Positions 26,310 through 40,119 of a stretch of DNA of 64,000 nt are shown here, one piece after another. Position numbers and translations under genes: made by a program. Positions within the stretch are counted from its first letter, which is position 1. Every line of letters starts with the position of its first letter. This DNA comes from Camelus ferus. Its lineage: Eukaryota. The stretch is taken from assembly GCF_009834535.1 (NCBI RefSeq), contig NC_045696.1:23624001-23688000 (forward strand), given 5' to 3'. A model generated the notes under the pieces. The model saw only the letters and a list, made by a program, of their open reading frames with translations, did no database searches and had not been told where the DNA came from.

Positions 26310-26703
26310 TGTATTAGTTTTCTAGAGCAGCTATAACAAAATCTCACTGACTGAGTGGCTTAAACAACAGAAATATATTTTCTCATGGTTCTAAACACTG
26401 GAAGTTAAAGATCAAGTTACCAGCAGGGTTGGTTTCTCCTGCTGCCTCTCTCTGGGCTTGCAGATTCTGCTATCCTCTTGCTGCTTCTGCATGTATGGTT
26501 GACCCTCTGTACACACAGTCCCCCATGTCTCTTCCTCTTATTATAAAGACCAGTCATATTGGATTAGGGCCTCACTCCAACAGCCTAATTTAACTGGATC
26601 ACCTTCTTAAAGGCTTTATCTACAAATCCAATTATATTCTGAGGTACTAGGGGTTGGGACTTCAACATATGAATTTTAGGGGAACACAGTTCAGCCCATA
26701 ACC
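26310..26703 (-). mobile_element. MaLR LTR (MLT1A/B-like)
   Basis: tgtattagttttcta...gtggcttaaacaacagaaat...cacagttcagcccataac. Confidence 0.8.
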
Positions 26704-26739
26704 ACCACCCATAAATGGCTGCAGGAAGGAAGAAATGAA

Positions 26740-26963
26740 CACATCCCCTCCAGAACCTGGCTCGAACCCGAACCACCCCCTCCCCTCTTAGTATAAGAAG
26801 CCTGAATTCTAACTCCAGGAAAATGATTCTTTGGGACACTAGTCCACCATCTTCTCAGTCTGTTGGCTTTCTGAATAAAGTTGCTATTCCTTGCCCCAAC
26901 AGCTCCTCTCTTGACTTAGTGGTTTGTTGTGCTGTGAGCAGTAGGAGCTTGGATTTGGTAACA
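26740..26963 (+). mobile_element. ERV LTR 3' fragment
   Basis: agtataag TATA-like box, aataaagttgctattccttgcccc polyA signal region, ends tttggtaaca. Confidence 0.55.
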
Positions 26964-29289
26964 GTATCTTTACATTTTCTGCCAATATTGACACTTCCAA
27001 TTGAAATAGTTTTGAAAAATTGAAAAGAGAATCTTGTCTAATGTGAACTATTTCTTCCCAAGGTCTACATGGAGAGAAAGCTACACTTCACCAGCTGAGA
27101 GCCAGCACAAAAGCTGAGATTTCTTGCATTCAGCACTTGCTCTTCCTACCTTGAAAATGCCCAAAGGCATATTCTGACACCAAAAATGGTTTAGAGTGCC
27201 CAGATCCTTTCTCATTTCTTACCTTTCTTCTCTTGCTATTGTGGTAGGCACACATTTCCCTAAAATTATACTATGAAATATATGGACAGAGAAGAACATA
27301 TCAGAAAGTGACTAATGTCACTTCCCAAGACCTCTATCTCCCATATGTGTCCAAATCCCAAACAACCCAGGAACTGCTGGCACAAAGATCTTGGCCAAGT
27401 GACTTAAGCATTCTGCATAACCCTTGCCTATTTGTTATCAGGAACATTTCTTGGTCTTCTATTGCTTTGCTCTGAATCACAAAAATATCTATCTCTGCAT
27501 GTCCAATGCTATAAGGTCACTAGCTTCAGAATGAATTTGGCCAATGAAAGGCATAAGTTGGGGATCAGAGTGTGAGAGAAAGGGAAAAGTCAGGCTACTC
27601 TGCTTTCTCCTTCTCCCTCTTCCCTTAGGTGGCATCTCCTTGGGCTCCATCTCTTCTATTGTTCCCATTTCACCAGACTGTCTTACCCTGGTTCAAGGTC
27701 CTCCTAGAGAGGAAGTTCCCTGAACTCTGGAAATCCTACCTCCTTCCATCATCTCTCCAAATTAAGAGTCATAAAGATTTCTTGCTGTTGCTAAACTCCG
27801 ATTTAACTCACTGCCCCTGTTTGGTGTACTTCTTCATTACCTGTATAACCAATTCTTTGAGTTATTGCTTGATTTAAATATTTAAAGAGTATTGTGCTTT
27901 ACTGACATGACCTTTCCTGACATATGTTCTCTTGGTCTCCGTCATCTATAAAATGAGAATAATAATATATAGTTACTTTGATAATTAAATGATTAAGTAC
28001 ATGTAAAAATATTTAGAACACTATAAGACACATGTAAGTATGTAATAAATGTGAGCAAGTTCTTGCTATTATTATTATTAGGGCTTCTTTGTATCTATAA
28101 ATTGAGGAGGTAAAATCATTAGATGAGCACTAAGAAGAATTAGTCAGCTGGGATTGACTATTCTGAGTCCAGGTAAACAGAACAAGAAGCAGAGTTAAGT
28201 GAGATCAGTTTACAAAATCTGACAGTCTAAGAAGGAACTGTTCTGCTGCCATCTCTGTAAAAGTTTCATATATCAAATCGTGTGCAAAAAAAACTTGTTA
28301 GTTATATCTGGGTGGCTACTTCACCACTTATTACAGACTCTTGATGATTATTTGTGTTCTCTCTTAGATTGCAGAAGAGACACAAAATTCAGATGTAAAC
28401 GTCTTTAAAAAACACAGATTAGAGATATGGGAAATCAGAAATTTATTTTTGGACAAACGATGCTATTAGCAAATAGAAACAAAAAAACCCTTAAATATTA
28501 GGCGGAAATGCTACTCGGTTTTGAGTTCTACACAGAGACGTTTATGCTGAAAGAATGCTCAATAAGTATAATTAAAATGAATTTATAAACAAAAATAAAA
28601 ACAAATTTAAAAAATTCCCTTTCCTACTTTCTAGGCTTTCATAAAATGTTTTTTGTATAGTTAGCATATCTAATATCATCTTATAAAATGAGATATGTAC
28701 ACAATAATCTATTTTTGTCTTAGCCTGTTAGTTTGGTCTGTTTTCCATCGAGAACAACACACGGAATTTTTTATGTGAAGGTTAGTTTAATGATTCTCTT
28801 CAAATCTCCCACAGCTTTAGTTTGAGCTATCATATTATAAGTATCCATAATTGTGAAGGACTACTGATTGAGAATAAATCTTGTATAAGTGAGAACAGGA
28901 TAGCATATTATAAAATTAGATCCTACTGGTTTCAATTTCAGAACCTTCCCTCTAAGGCTGGCCTTGCTGTCAGGTGAGTTGGGCTGGCTATTCTAGGCCT
29001 TCTATTTTGGTGGGGGTATGGGATACACTGGAGCCAACTACTATTTTTTGTCCACTTACTGTGTTCCAGGACCTGTGCTAAGCACTTTACACTTCAAGCG
29101 ATTTAATCTTTGTAACAACTCCGTAAGAGTGGAATTATCAAAACCCCTTCACATAAGAAGAAGCTGTAACTTACTGTAATTGAATTGCCCAAGGACACAA
29201 ACTAAAACAAAACATATTTAAACCAGTTTTAACTCGGGGAGGAGGTCTGTCGGACTTCAAAGCTTCTGCATTTAAACTGTACACTGTAG

Positions 29290-29770
29290 ACCAAATATTT
29301 TTCAAGTGTGGTTAGTGGATTCCTGGAGGTCTTCAAAACCCTTTCAAGAGGTCAGTGAGATGCTCCCTTTTCCAACTATACATCTGTGTGAGACTAGATT
29401 TTCCTCATATGCTTCAGGCTAAACAATATATAACAGATAGAATGTGGAAACAAATTAGACATTTCTTTTGTTTTCTGTTAAACCAGACGTTGGAGATTTG
29501 CATAAATGTAACACAATGTCATTCTTCTTGCTAATCTCTTTTGTTTTGGAAAAGATGGTCACTTTTCATAAAAGTAATATTTACATTAAAATGCAATGAA
29601 TTTCTCCTTTTTAAATGAAATAATATGTATTTTTGAAATTTCTCAGTTTTAACTTCTAATACAAAAAAAGTGAAAGACATAGTCTTATAGACATAAAATC
29701 TCATTGGGGTTCTCAATAATTTTTCAGTGTGTAAAACAGTTCTAGGGAAAAAAAAGTTGAGACCCAAAGC
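29290..29770. mobile_element. hAT-Charlie family DNA transposon relic
   Basis: ttttcaagtgtggttagtggattcctggaggtc..accctttc start, tttccaactatacatctgtgtgagactagattttc internal motif, aaaagttgagaccca end. Confidence 0.6.
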
Positions 29771-31576
29771 CATAGACTTCCATTGTCATCAGGTGTTTTG
29801 AAAGAACCAGAAATAATAACACTGATCTGACAGCTCTTTATGTTTCTCAGATATCATGTATCACTATGGTGATCCTTTGAAAAACTGAGGTAGAAATAAA
29901 TTGAATGAAAATTCTTACTTATCCAAGTATTTTCAAAAGCCAGTTTAGCTCAAAGTTTAGAAATTGCCATGTAGAAAAGTAAACCCCTAGAAATGTGTGA
30001 ATGAAAAAATAAGGAAAAAATAAGGTGGTTCTACCTTCTCTGTTGTTGAAAGGACCAGAGTACTTACTTGAAATTACTCTGAGAATGGTAAAGGACAATT
30101 CAAATGTAAGATACTGTTAAAAGTTATTATAATATTTTGATAGTATGAAATTATGGAAGTTAGGAGTTGGCTCTGAGAGATAACTATAGTACTATTTAAT
30201 AAACATAATTTGATTGCACTGACTAATATAATATATAACTATATTATGTTATAACTAACATAATAAATATAATAACTTTATATTTAAATGCTTTACCATT
30301 TATAATTCACTTGAATATATGTGTCTCACTAACTATGCTATAAGACAGGACATACCCTATATCCATTCTGCAATTTGGAAACCTAGTCTCAAAGTGTTTG
30401 TGTGACTTGCCAACAATACACAGCAAGTGTGTGATTGTGTTAAAACTCATACCTAGCATAGTTCTTTAACAAATAATCAATAAAAAAATAAAGAAACCAG
30501 GTATTCTGACTCCTAGCCTGGTGTCTTAACTCTGGCATATGCTGATTTAAAGAAGGTAAAGTATTTTGTAACACTGTCTCATTTTCCAACATTATTCAAC
30601 ATGAATTTAAAAAGGCACATTTAGGTATTCATTTAGCACTCACTTTTGCAGATCTTTGTCAGAATAGTAATAATATATAAAAATGATATGTATTTTATAT
30701 TAAGGGCTTATACTCAATTCTCAAATTAATTTTTTCCCATCTTCAAAGAGTAAGTGATGTAATGCTAAATCTTTTTCACATGGCATGTTAGGATTAACTT
30801 CCAAAAAGCAGAAACACACACACACACGAATTTCATTGGAATTCCAAAAAAATGTATGATAATTTTGCTAAGTAAATGGGAATTTGCTACATATCTTGTT
30901 CATGACCAGTCCACTTGATCCCACCCTACTGACCCTTTTGAATTTCAGTACCATGGACAAAGACAGAAGGGAAACAAGTGATCACTACCCTCAAAAAGCC
31001 TACAGCCTGACGGGGAGTCAGCTATAGAAACAATGTCATAGTATACAAGGTAATGAGGAAACCAGGAATAGGGAACACTTATAGAGAAGGTGACATTTGT
31101 TATAGGCCTTGATGGAGAAAATAATGAAGTAGAAGTTATTGATAGCACAAGCCTCAGGTTCCAGCCTACTGAATAAGGGTACTAAAAACTTGAACTTTCA
31201 TTTTGGTTCATAGAAACTTGAAGTAAATCATCATGAACTTATTACGTTTGTTTTGAACAAATTACCTGGAGGAGATGGGCTGGAAGTCCTATAACCAGAA
31301 TCTCTGCAACAGTTAGGCTGGTGATAGGGGATACTGGGTGAAAAAAAAAAGCACCCTTAATAATGGCAACTACATTTTTTTAGAATCGCAGAATCCTCAT
31401 TCCACGCAAATGGAATTATCTACACCTGTGCATATAAATGGCAACTTCTGGGAAGACAAAATTCTCCAGAACCATTTGGGATAAACTCCTTATTTATGTA
31501 ACTATTGCCAAAAGAGGCAGTACACTTGACCATTAAATATTCTTATCTTAATGTTCTAGATTTTTCTGCTTTTAAC

Positions 31577-31697
31577 TTTTTTTTGGCTAGGGGAGATAAT
31601 TAGGCTTATTTATTTTTAGAAGAGGTAATGGGGATTGAACCTAGGACCTTATGCAGACTAAGCATGTGCTCTACCACTTGAGCTAACCCTCCCCTCC
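31577..31697 (-). mobile_element. tRNA-Ala-derived SINE (camelid Vic-1-like)
   Basis: Minus strand ggggagggttagctcaagtggtagagcacatgcttag...ggttcaatcccc (A and B boxes), A-rich tail; imperfect TSD ctagattt(t/c)tctgct(t/c)tt at 31556-31573 and 31697-31714. Confidence 0.85.
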
Positions 31698-32888
31698 TAG
31701 ATTTCTCTGCTCTTCTTTCAAGTCTTTCTTGAAACTCATATCTGTGCCACATTTTCTTTCAATAATTCCATACAACTAAGACTGTTTGTAGAAAACACCA
31801 ACACTGTGTACTGGATATATTGGGGTTGTGTTTTTTGGTCAAAGCAGCGCACTATCTGGACATCATGTTTGGACAATTGGCCATTGTGTCTTGATGAGAA
31901 GTAGGGCTCCACTTACTGCTACAGAAACTAAAATGCCAGATACTTGCTCCCTCAGATCCATAGAAAGATGATCCCCAGGCCCACTGAATCTTTAGTAAAT
32001 GAGGAATAAAAAAACAGTTGAAAAAATTTCTGGTGGTGGGAGTGGTGGGGTAGGTTGATGATGATGAAGGTTTCTTCAGTGGTGTTCAGTGTCAAGCCAA
32101 GAATGTAGCAACACACTGCACTGACAGTTTGAAGGTCATCTCTTTAGCTGGAGTTCTAACCTTCTGTCTCCCCTGGTTCCTACCCATCTTCCAATCCAAA
32201 TTCTCTATCCTTCTTTTTATCCTGTCTGCTGCCAGGTAGGTTTCCAACATCCTTTTTTTCCTAAAGGCAGAATTGATTTCTGTCACTTGTAACAGAGAAC
32301 CCTGACTGATCCAGTTTTTCCTAAGTAACAGATTGTATAATGTAATTGAATTTTGTAGTACTTCTAATTGGACAATTTCTATAGGAAATGCATTTTAAGA
32401 ACATCCTAACAATTGTTCAGTGACAGGTGATGACATCCCAAAGGAAAAATGTCTTTATGCTTGAATATGAAAAAAGATACTTTAATTTAAGTACCTCACA
32501 TGGAGTCCCAAACCCAAGGGGGTAAACTTTCACTACACTTTGTAATGCTAATGCTTGCTAATTATAACCAGAGCATGGCTGGTTAATGGATATGACTTAT
32601 TCTCTAGTTGGGAACAGTCAGAGGAAGGAATAAAACTAGGAGATGGGAAGAGCAATTTCTTAGCAGAAGGACTGAACTTAAAAAGAACCAGGGTACAAGA
32701 AAAAGAATTCACTCAATAATTTATTTATTCAAAGAGCATTCAAGGAATGTTTAAGTGCTCATAGAAAGAAGACACATAGAGAACCAAAGAGGAGTCCTGC
32801 TCTCGAGAAGTGTATGAAAATATAGACAAGTAAAAACTTAATGTCATGATACAAAGCTATCAGACTTACCTGTAACATTCCATAGGCT

Positions 32889-33468
32889 TGTGTATTCATT
32901 TTCTATGCTGCATAATAAATTACCACAAACTCAGTGGTTTAAAATAACTCTCTTTTTAAAAGTGATTTTTAAAATAACTCTCATATTTTCCATAAGTGAG
33001 GGGTCCAGGCCGAGCTTCTCTGGGCCCTCTGCTCAGAGTCTCCCACAGCTGCAATCAAGAAGTCACCAAGACTTGGGTCTTATCTGGGCCTGGGGTACTC
33101 TTCCAAGCTTTTGTGGCTGTTGGCACAATGCATTTCCTTGCAGCTGTAAAAGTCACAGCAGTTTTCCTCTTCAAGGCCAAAAGGAAAGAGAGTCTCCAAT
33201 CCTCTTTAACAAGCCTTGTGGGAATTAGGTCAGGCTCACTCAGATAATCACCCTTTTGATTAACTTAAAGCCAGTTGATTAGAGACCTTAATTGTATCTG
33301 TGAAATCCCTTCACCTTTTCCATGTAACATAATCTCAGGAGTGATATTTCAAAACATTAGCCATATTCTGTTGGTTAGTAGCAAGCTCCAGGTCCCACCC
33401 ACACTCAAGGGAGGGGATTATACAAGAGGGAGGGTCATTAGGGGTCATCTCAGAATTCTGCCTGCCAC
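32889..33468 (-). mobile_element. MaLR LTR (MLT1E/F-like)
   Basis: tgtgtattcattttctatgctgcataataaattaccaca...ggggattatacaag...gaattctgcctgccaca. Confidence 0.75.
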
Positions 33469-33699
33469 AGCTTGGCAGTATCTTCAGTCATAAATGTGTG
33501 AAGAAGAAAAAGTCGAGCAAGTGACAAACAGAGAGGGAAGTCACTCAAATGATCAGCCAGCACTTGCACTAGAATTGAGGACTTCATTCACTTGCAGGAA
33601 TCAAGTGTTAAACTCATTGCTCAAGAAAAGATCAGAGACATTTTTGGTTCTACTCAACAAAGCTTTGTGGTATACATTCTAGTCCCAGGAATCCCAGGA

Positions 33700-34702
33700 G
33701 AATACAAAATATATAAACAGCTCATATAACTTAACAACAACAACAACAAAAAACAAACAGCTCAATCCAAAAATGGGCAAAAGACCTAAATAAGCAATTC
33801 TCTAGGAAAACATACAAATGGTCAATAGACACATGAAAAAATGCTCAATATCACTAATTGTTAGAGAAATTCAAATCAAAACTGCAATGAGTTATCACCT
33901 CATACCAGGGAGAATGGCCATCATTAAAAAGTCCACAAATGATAAATGCTGGAGAGGGTGTGGAAAAAAAGGAACACTCCTACACCATTGGTGTGGGTGT
34001 AGTTTCGTGCAGCCATTATGGAAAACAGTATAGAGATTCCTCAAAAAACTAAAAATGGGCTTACCATATCATCCAGCAATCCCACTCCTGGGCATATGTC
34101 TGGAGGGAACTCTAATTTGAAAAGATACATGCACCCTAATGTTCATAGCAGCACTATTTACAAAGCCAAGACATGGAAGTAACCTAAATGTCTATTGGCA
34201 TATGACTGGATAAAGAAACTGTGGTATATTTATACAATGGAATACTACTCAGCAATAAAAAATAATAAAATAATGCCATTTGCAGCAACATGGACGGAAC
34301 TGGAGGCTATCATTCTAAGTGAAGTAAGCCAGAAAGAGAACGAAAAATACCACATGACATTACTCACATGTGGAATCTAAAATAAAAAAAGATACAAATG
34401 AACTTATTTACAAAACAGAAGCAGACTCACAGACATACAAAACAAACTTATGGTTACCAGGGGAAAAGTTGTGGGAAAGATAAATTGGGAATTCAAGATT
34501 TGCAGATACTAACTACTACATATAAAAGAGATAAACAATACGTTTCTTCTGTATAGCACAGAGCTATATTCAATATTTTGTAGTAACATAATAAAAAGAA
34601 TATGAAAATGAATATATGTATGTGTATGTATGACTGCAACATTTTGCTGTACACCAGAAATTGACACAACATTGTAAACTGACTATACTTAATTACAAAA
34701 AA
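33700..34702 (+). mobile_element. L1 3' end (about 1 kb)
   Basis: ORF2 C-terminal peptides [54 protein letters not shown], then 3'UTR and A tail. Confidence 0.93.
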
Positions 34703-35906
34703 GTTAAACTCAAAAACGTTTCTGTTTTTATTGAATTTATAGTTTAAAGAAAAGATAGACAAGGACATGTCTTCTAACCAACTTGCATTGACAAGCATTC
34801 AGATTAGCAATGATTCAACAACACTTCTTCTCTTTTAGAGCTAATGTGTTTATCCTTTTTTCCCGGGCCCCCACGTTTCCCGATATCCATGCACATGTTC
34901 CTTTCTAGAGATAGTTTCTTCCCATAATTTAGAGAAAAGATTGAGCACAATCTCAACTTGATATTAATGAGTTTCTACATGTATGCAATGAGGAATGGAG
35001 TGACCTTCTAATTCCATCATGCAGTTCTTATCAATAATATATTCAGACGACATCTGGCTAATACCAGAAAGAGATGGGAGAGTCCTGGTCGCCTTAATGA
35101 GAGCTACAAGTTTGCTGTGACTTTTAAAATCATCTACTCAGAATGGTCTAGGAAAGGCCCAGTTGATTGCTTCTATTTTGCTCCCACATGAGAGGATGAA
35201 GGTGGCCACTGATCCCATCAGATACTATCTGCAACTTGCTCTCAGGAAGGTGCAGTACACTGTTGTGGGGACGGTGAGCCTTTGAAGCTTCTTTCTCGGC
35301 ATCCTGGATCATCCTTCATGAGGACCAACCTCCTACTTCCTAAGGGGTTGATTAGTGAAACAAGAAGATAATACTAAGGCTGCATGACAATAATAGACCC
35401 TGGGAAGTTTTGAAAAATACCCGCCAAAGTACTGGTCAGCGATCTGAGGTTGCCTGGAGGCTGGAAGGGGCCTGACTTGCAACGCTGTCCAAAAGAAGAA
35501 TATGGCAAGATAACAGATCTTCATGGATGCTCTGTATGACCTGAGCAAGCACATCCTGCTAGGAACATACCAATAGAAGAGAAGGCAGAGAACCATGGAG
35601 CTGCCCGACATCTAACACACGAACCTCTCTGTAATGTAACGTCACTTCTGTCTCTGATAACCACACAAGCCCAAGGCCTACAGTCTTAATTTTGGCCTTC
35701 ACAGTTTGCCCTTGCCGATATCTAAGATTCAGTTAATTCATTATTATGGTCTTCAAAAAATAAAAATTAGCAAGAATATCACATTGTTGGCATTTACTGA
35801 TATTTAGCCCTGTAAAATAAAAATGTTAATGACCTCAAAATCCTATTACATTAAAATGTATTTCCAAAATGCTCCCTCATCATACTGGAAGGTAACAGAA
35901 GAAAGG

Positions 35907-35958
35907 CAGTTATATTTCTGTACTTCCCTTGTCAGTTATATTTCTGTACTTCCCTTGT
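35907..35958. repeat. Perfect 26-bp tandem duplication
   Basis: cagttatatttctgtacttcccttgt x2. Confidence 0.95.
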
Positions 35959-38954
35959 CAACGGGAAGCATAAGATTCCCCCACTCCCACCTCATGTGCT
36001 CTTCTGGTTCAGGGGATAAAAGTTAGAGTCTTATGTAAGTTTCTCGTAAGGCAGTAAGTGCCAAATGAGAACTGTAACTTACACAAATTCAGATACCCCA
36101 GCCAGACCTCAGAGATTCTGAATCGGGAGGGCTGGGTATCTAGCTTCTGTGCAGATGTTTAATAGATATACGTGCATATAACCAAATTTTAAAGTTCAAA
36201 AGGATACATAGATTAAAATATTTATTTCATCCAATCCCCTTGTTTTCTTCTGTGGGGACAACTGTTCTTGCAGTTTCTTTTCTATACTTTGTGCTTGTAC
36301 AAAACTGGAGGGAAAAAACTCATTGCTTACACTCTGTTTTCTACCTTACTTTTTCCCCTTTCATAATATATATTGGAGATGACTTTATGTCTTTAAAAAA
36401 ACATACTCTCAAAGCATTTCAATGGTTTGAAGACCCTGATAAAAATCTTCAATGTACATGATGCTCTTCTGATATTCTGTGGGGGCAGTTCTGTGCTAGA
36501 ACCACATGGATAAAAGAGCCCAACTAATCCACATTCTTTTTATTCTTATCTACCCACCCAAATTTACCTGCCAATCAAAGTTTGCAACTCTTTTTTTGTC
36601 ATTTAAAATACAGAGTTCTTATGAGACTTACTAGCGCACTGGGACCTTTGTCCTAAAGGATACAGGAAACATCTATTCCTCATAAAATTCTAGCCGTCTT
36701 ATTACTTCTACTTTTGATATTTATCGTGAAGACAGTTAATGGAATTTCAAAGTACTCTGTTTGTAAACATTTATACTCTAAGGACTCTAACCTGTATGCT
36801 TAAGGGTAAGATACTAACATATTATCAAAGATAAGCAAAAGAAAAATAAAAGCAGGCTTATCTTAATGGCTAAGAATTTGGCTCTGAAAAGAATTTTACT
36901 TCCCTCTTGAGATGTTCCTTTTGTTCAAAGTATAGAGCTACATAAATGTATACGAAGAGTTATTTCAATCTCCAACAAGTTTCATTGCTTGTTCAACTTT
37001 GCCCAAAATTAATGCAGAAATTATACTGAATAGAGTGAAAGTGATTACACACACACACGCACACACACATCAAAAAGCCTCATATCTGAGAAGTACCAGC
37101 CTAAGGTTAGTAACATGGGAACAGTAAAATAGTTTCCATCTTACTTTAGTTAATTTACCCAGCACAAGTACTTTGCTGTTTAAATATTTATTAATGTGTT
37201 TAAATATTAAACAGAAAACCTCCCTAATACTAGACAGGCACTAAAACAAATTAGAATTGGTTTCTGAGCTTCAATATTGATATTCTCTTTAGGAACAATT
37301 GAGAAAAAGAAAACTTAATGATAAAATGGGACATCCTCAAAGCCAAAAAATAACATATATACATTGTATATTAATAACTAAAAATCTAGGGAATTTTACA
37401 TATTCTTGTTTCTCAATTCAACTGAATAAAAACAGTATATTTCCTTATTCTCGTGGACCGTATAGTTGTGGAATGCAAGTGATATGTACATAGTTGGAAA
37501 TTACTGTCTTCTTTTTTTGGAGGTAAAAAGATTTTTCAGAATTTTGGTTTTGTTTTTTGGTTTCTAGTCTTTCCTGAATATAAAGTTGGCATTTGAAAAG
37601 AATATATTTTCCCTATATTTTGTGACACAAACAAGATGTATTGGTTTTACGAAGTTAAGTAGTTGCCTTTCATATTTTGGATAAAATGGCATACTAATAG
37701 TTGCTCATTTTTTCACATCTTAATTTCTTTCTTACTAATTATATTCTTAAGGTGATAAACAGGGTTTTTTTTCCTTTTCTTTATATCTAGATGAATATCC
37801 AGCCAGTGCCCAAATTTAATCATAAATGTGAGTCATAGAATGAATATGAATAAATTACCAAGCTAGAAATAGATTTTTCCTATTTCAGCACAATTAAAAA
37901 AGAATTTTAACAATCTCAAAGTTTCACTTCAAGTCTATGCTAACTGCAGGGTATAAGTGGTCTGGTCTGCATTATTTTATTGCCTTAACTCAGACTCTTC
38001 ATTTTGTAAATGTAGTGATAGTTTTCTGCAATATCCGTGTGCTGCCAGGCATCCCCTTTTACTGACATACGTCCAAACACAAATGTATGCCCAATTTTTA
38101 AAATGGTAATTAATTTATAAATCTTTCTTATTGCTTATCAGTTTTCTCAGGCATCTCAGCCTATATTTTAAAATTTGAATTGATTTTTGTAACATGGGTG
38201 AAATATTGTCCTTCTGTTTGAAATTACATTAGAAATGATTGTTAATAACGCTTCTAGAAGACAGCTCCTCCCAGCTAAGTATCATGTCATATGTATATAT
38301 ACTGCAAACACATTGGAAGTGTTTATTTTTTAAGTTTATTTTCTTAATAAGCAAACACTATGGCAGAGGATATATGGAATTATTCCTAATTAAGAAAAAT
38401 TATTTTGTCAACAGAATAAAGACTTTCAGAAAAAATTTTTTTTAATTAAGATTGATTCACAATTTTCTTTTGAGATTTTAGAGAGCCCTCTCAGACTTTA
38501 TGAAGTACTTAAAAATCACCTCTTTACCTTGTAATGCACTATTGATGTTGGTTCTGAGTAAACTATAAATGCTGTATACTTACCCAAAGCACTTTAAAAT
38601 AAAATACAAGAATGAAAAAAATGATCCGTGGCACATTAACTCTTCTCAAGCAGAACTGTGCCTTAATGCAGACTGAATATACACCCATGCAATTTTTCTT
38701 TCATCAAAGCCTGTTGTCTCTTAAGATTGGAAATAACCATTCAAACAAATTTCCATTCAAAGACTCAAAGGATATTTACATTAGTCAAGCACTGGCTGAG
38801 GCTCAAGGGTAAATAAGGAAAAGTCCTTGCTGTCAAAAAACTTATTGTCTATTTCTATAGAAAAAACACGTAAGTACCAGTGATAGAGATGCAATGATAT
38901 GAGTATGATGAGGGCGACAAAGCAGACGTGATCACTTCTAATGGGAACAATCAA

Positions 38955-39338
38955 TGCAAACAACTGAATATTTGTGTCCCCCAACAAAATCCATATATTG
39001 AAATCCTCATCCCTTATGTAATATTATTAGGAGGTTGAGGCCTTTGGGAAGTGATTAGGTCATGAGGGCAGAGCCCTCGTGAATTAACTAATCCTTGTGA
39101 ATGAATTAGTGTCCTTGTAAAAGGGACCCTAGAGATCTCTCTCAGACTCTTTCCACCACATGAGGGCACACAGCGAACTCAGCAGTCTGTAACCCGGAGG
39201 AGGACCCTCATCAGAACCCAACCATGCTGTTACCCTCCTATTGGACTTCCAGCCTCTGGGACTGTGATCAAATAAACCACTGGGTGGTTTATGCCACCCA
39301 GTCTACGGTGCTTTGCTACAGCAGCCAGAACTAAGATA
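38955..39338 (+). mobile_element. MaLR LTR (MLT1A-like)
   Basis: actgaatatttgtgtccccc...ggacttccagcctc...gctacagcagccagaactaaga. Confidence 0.8.
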
Positions 39339-40119
39339 GTCAGGAATGTCTCTGTAGCAGCAGTAACACAAAACGTGTCTCAAAATGAATGTAAGTGCTA
39401 CCCAGGTAAATGGGCAGACCAGCGCAGGCAAAGGCACAGCAGTTTGAAGAATCGAATGCCTTCTGAGAACCTCAAGAGTGCTAATGGCAGCCTTGGGGCT
39501 TGGCTGGGCAGAAGATTGCAGCAGGGGTTAGGGCTGAGAAGGCTGGAAGATCAGGGGAAGTCTTGCGCCATGCAGAATTTGAGCTCGTAAGACTTTGTGT
39601 TGTCTATCATTTGTTTTTGATATTTTTAAAACTGCTTCTAGAATTGAAGCTCCTTTTCCTAAGAAATATCTTGTGGAAATCCAAATGAATACACATATAA
39701 AGGTTGGGCCTCTCTGATTAAGTGAGTACGAGGCAGCTCAAGTCACTAAAGTTCAGTCCTTTGCATCTACACCAAGACTGGTTGGAATGATAACTATTGA
39801 TAAAACCGGTTTATGCTTCTCCTGACCAGGAAAGTTCTCGCTTAATGTCCTGTCTTAACTCTGCCGAGAGTCTCAGACGCCAGATACAAGACAAGTGATG
39901 AAGCAGCCATAAAAGGAGGAGTGTTCAGGAGAGCTCAGCTCACTGCCGGGCGCTCACCTCCAGCATCACATGCTTAGTTCCTCTTGCTATCACCCCTTCG
40001 GTGAAATGTAATAGTGCAAGGTTTGGGGGATTGCTGCTCTTCTTTTTGCAGACCTATAAAAATGAGAGCCAAGCCATGTGTCTAGAGAAGAAAGAGGAAG
40101 CAAATCACTGATACATATG

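Noticed and set aside
30242..30265. 10-bp inverted repeat tattatgtta/taacataata
   Set aside because: Lies in AT-only low-complexity sequence where this is expected by chance
31630..31697. tRNA-Ala-like sequence (also at 63570-63645)
   Set aside because: Disrupted stems plus A-rich tails (and a TSD for this copy) indicate SINEs, not tRNA genes
33818..34380. ORFs with L1 ORF2 peptides
   Set aside because: Fragments of a truncated L1 with no endonuclease or RT domain
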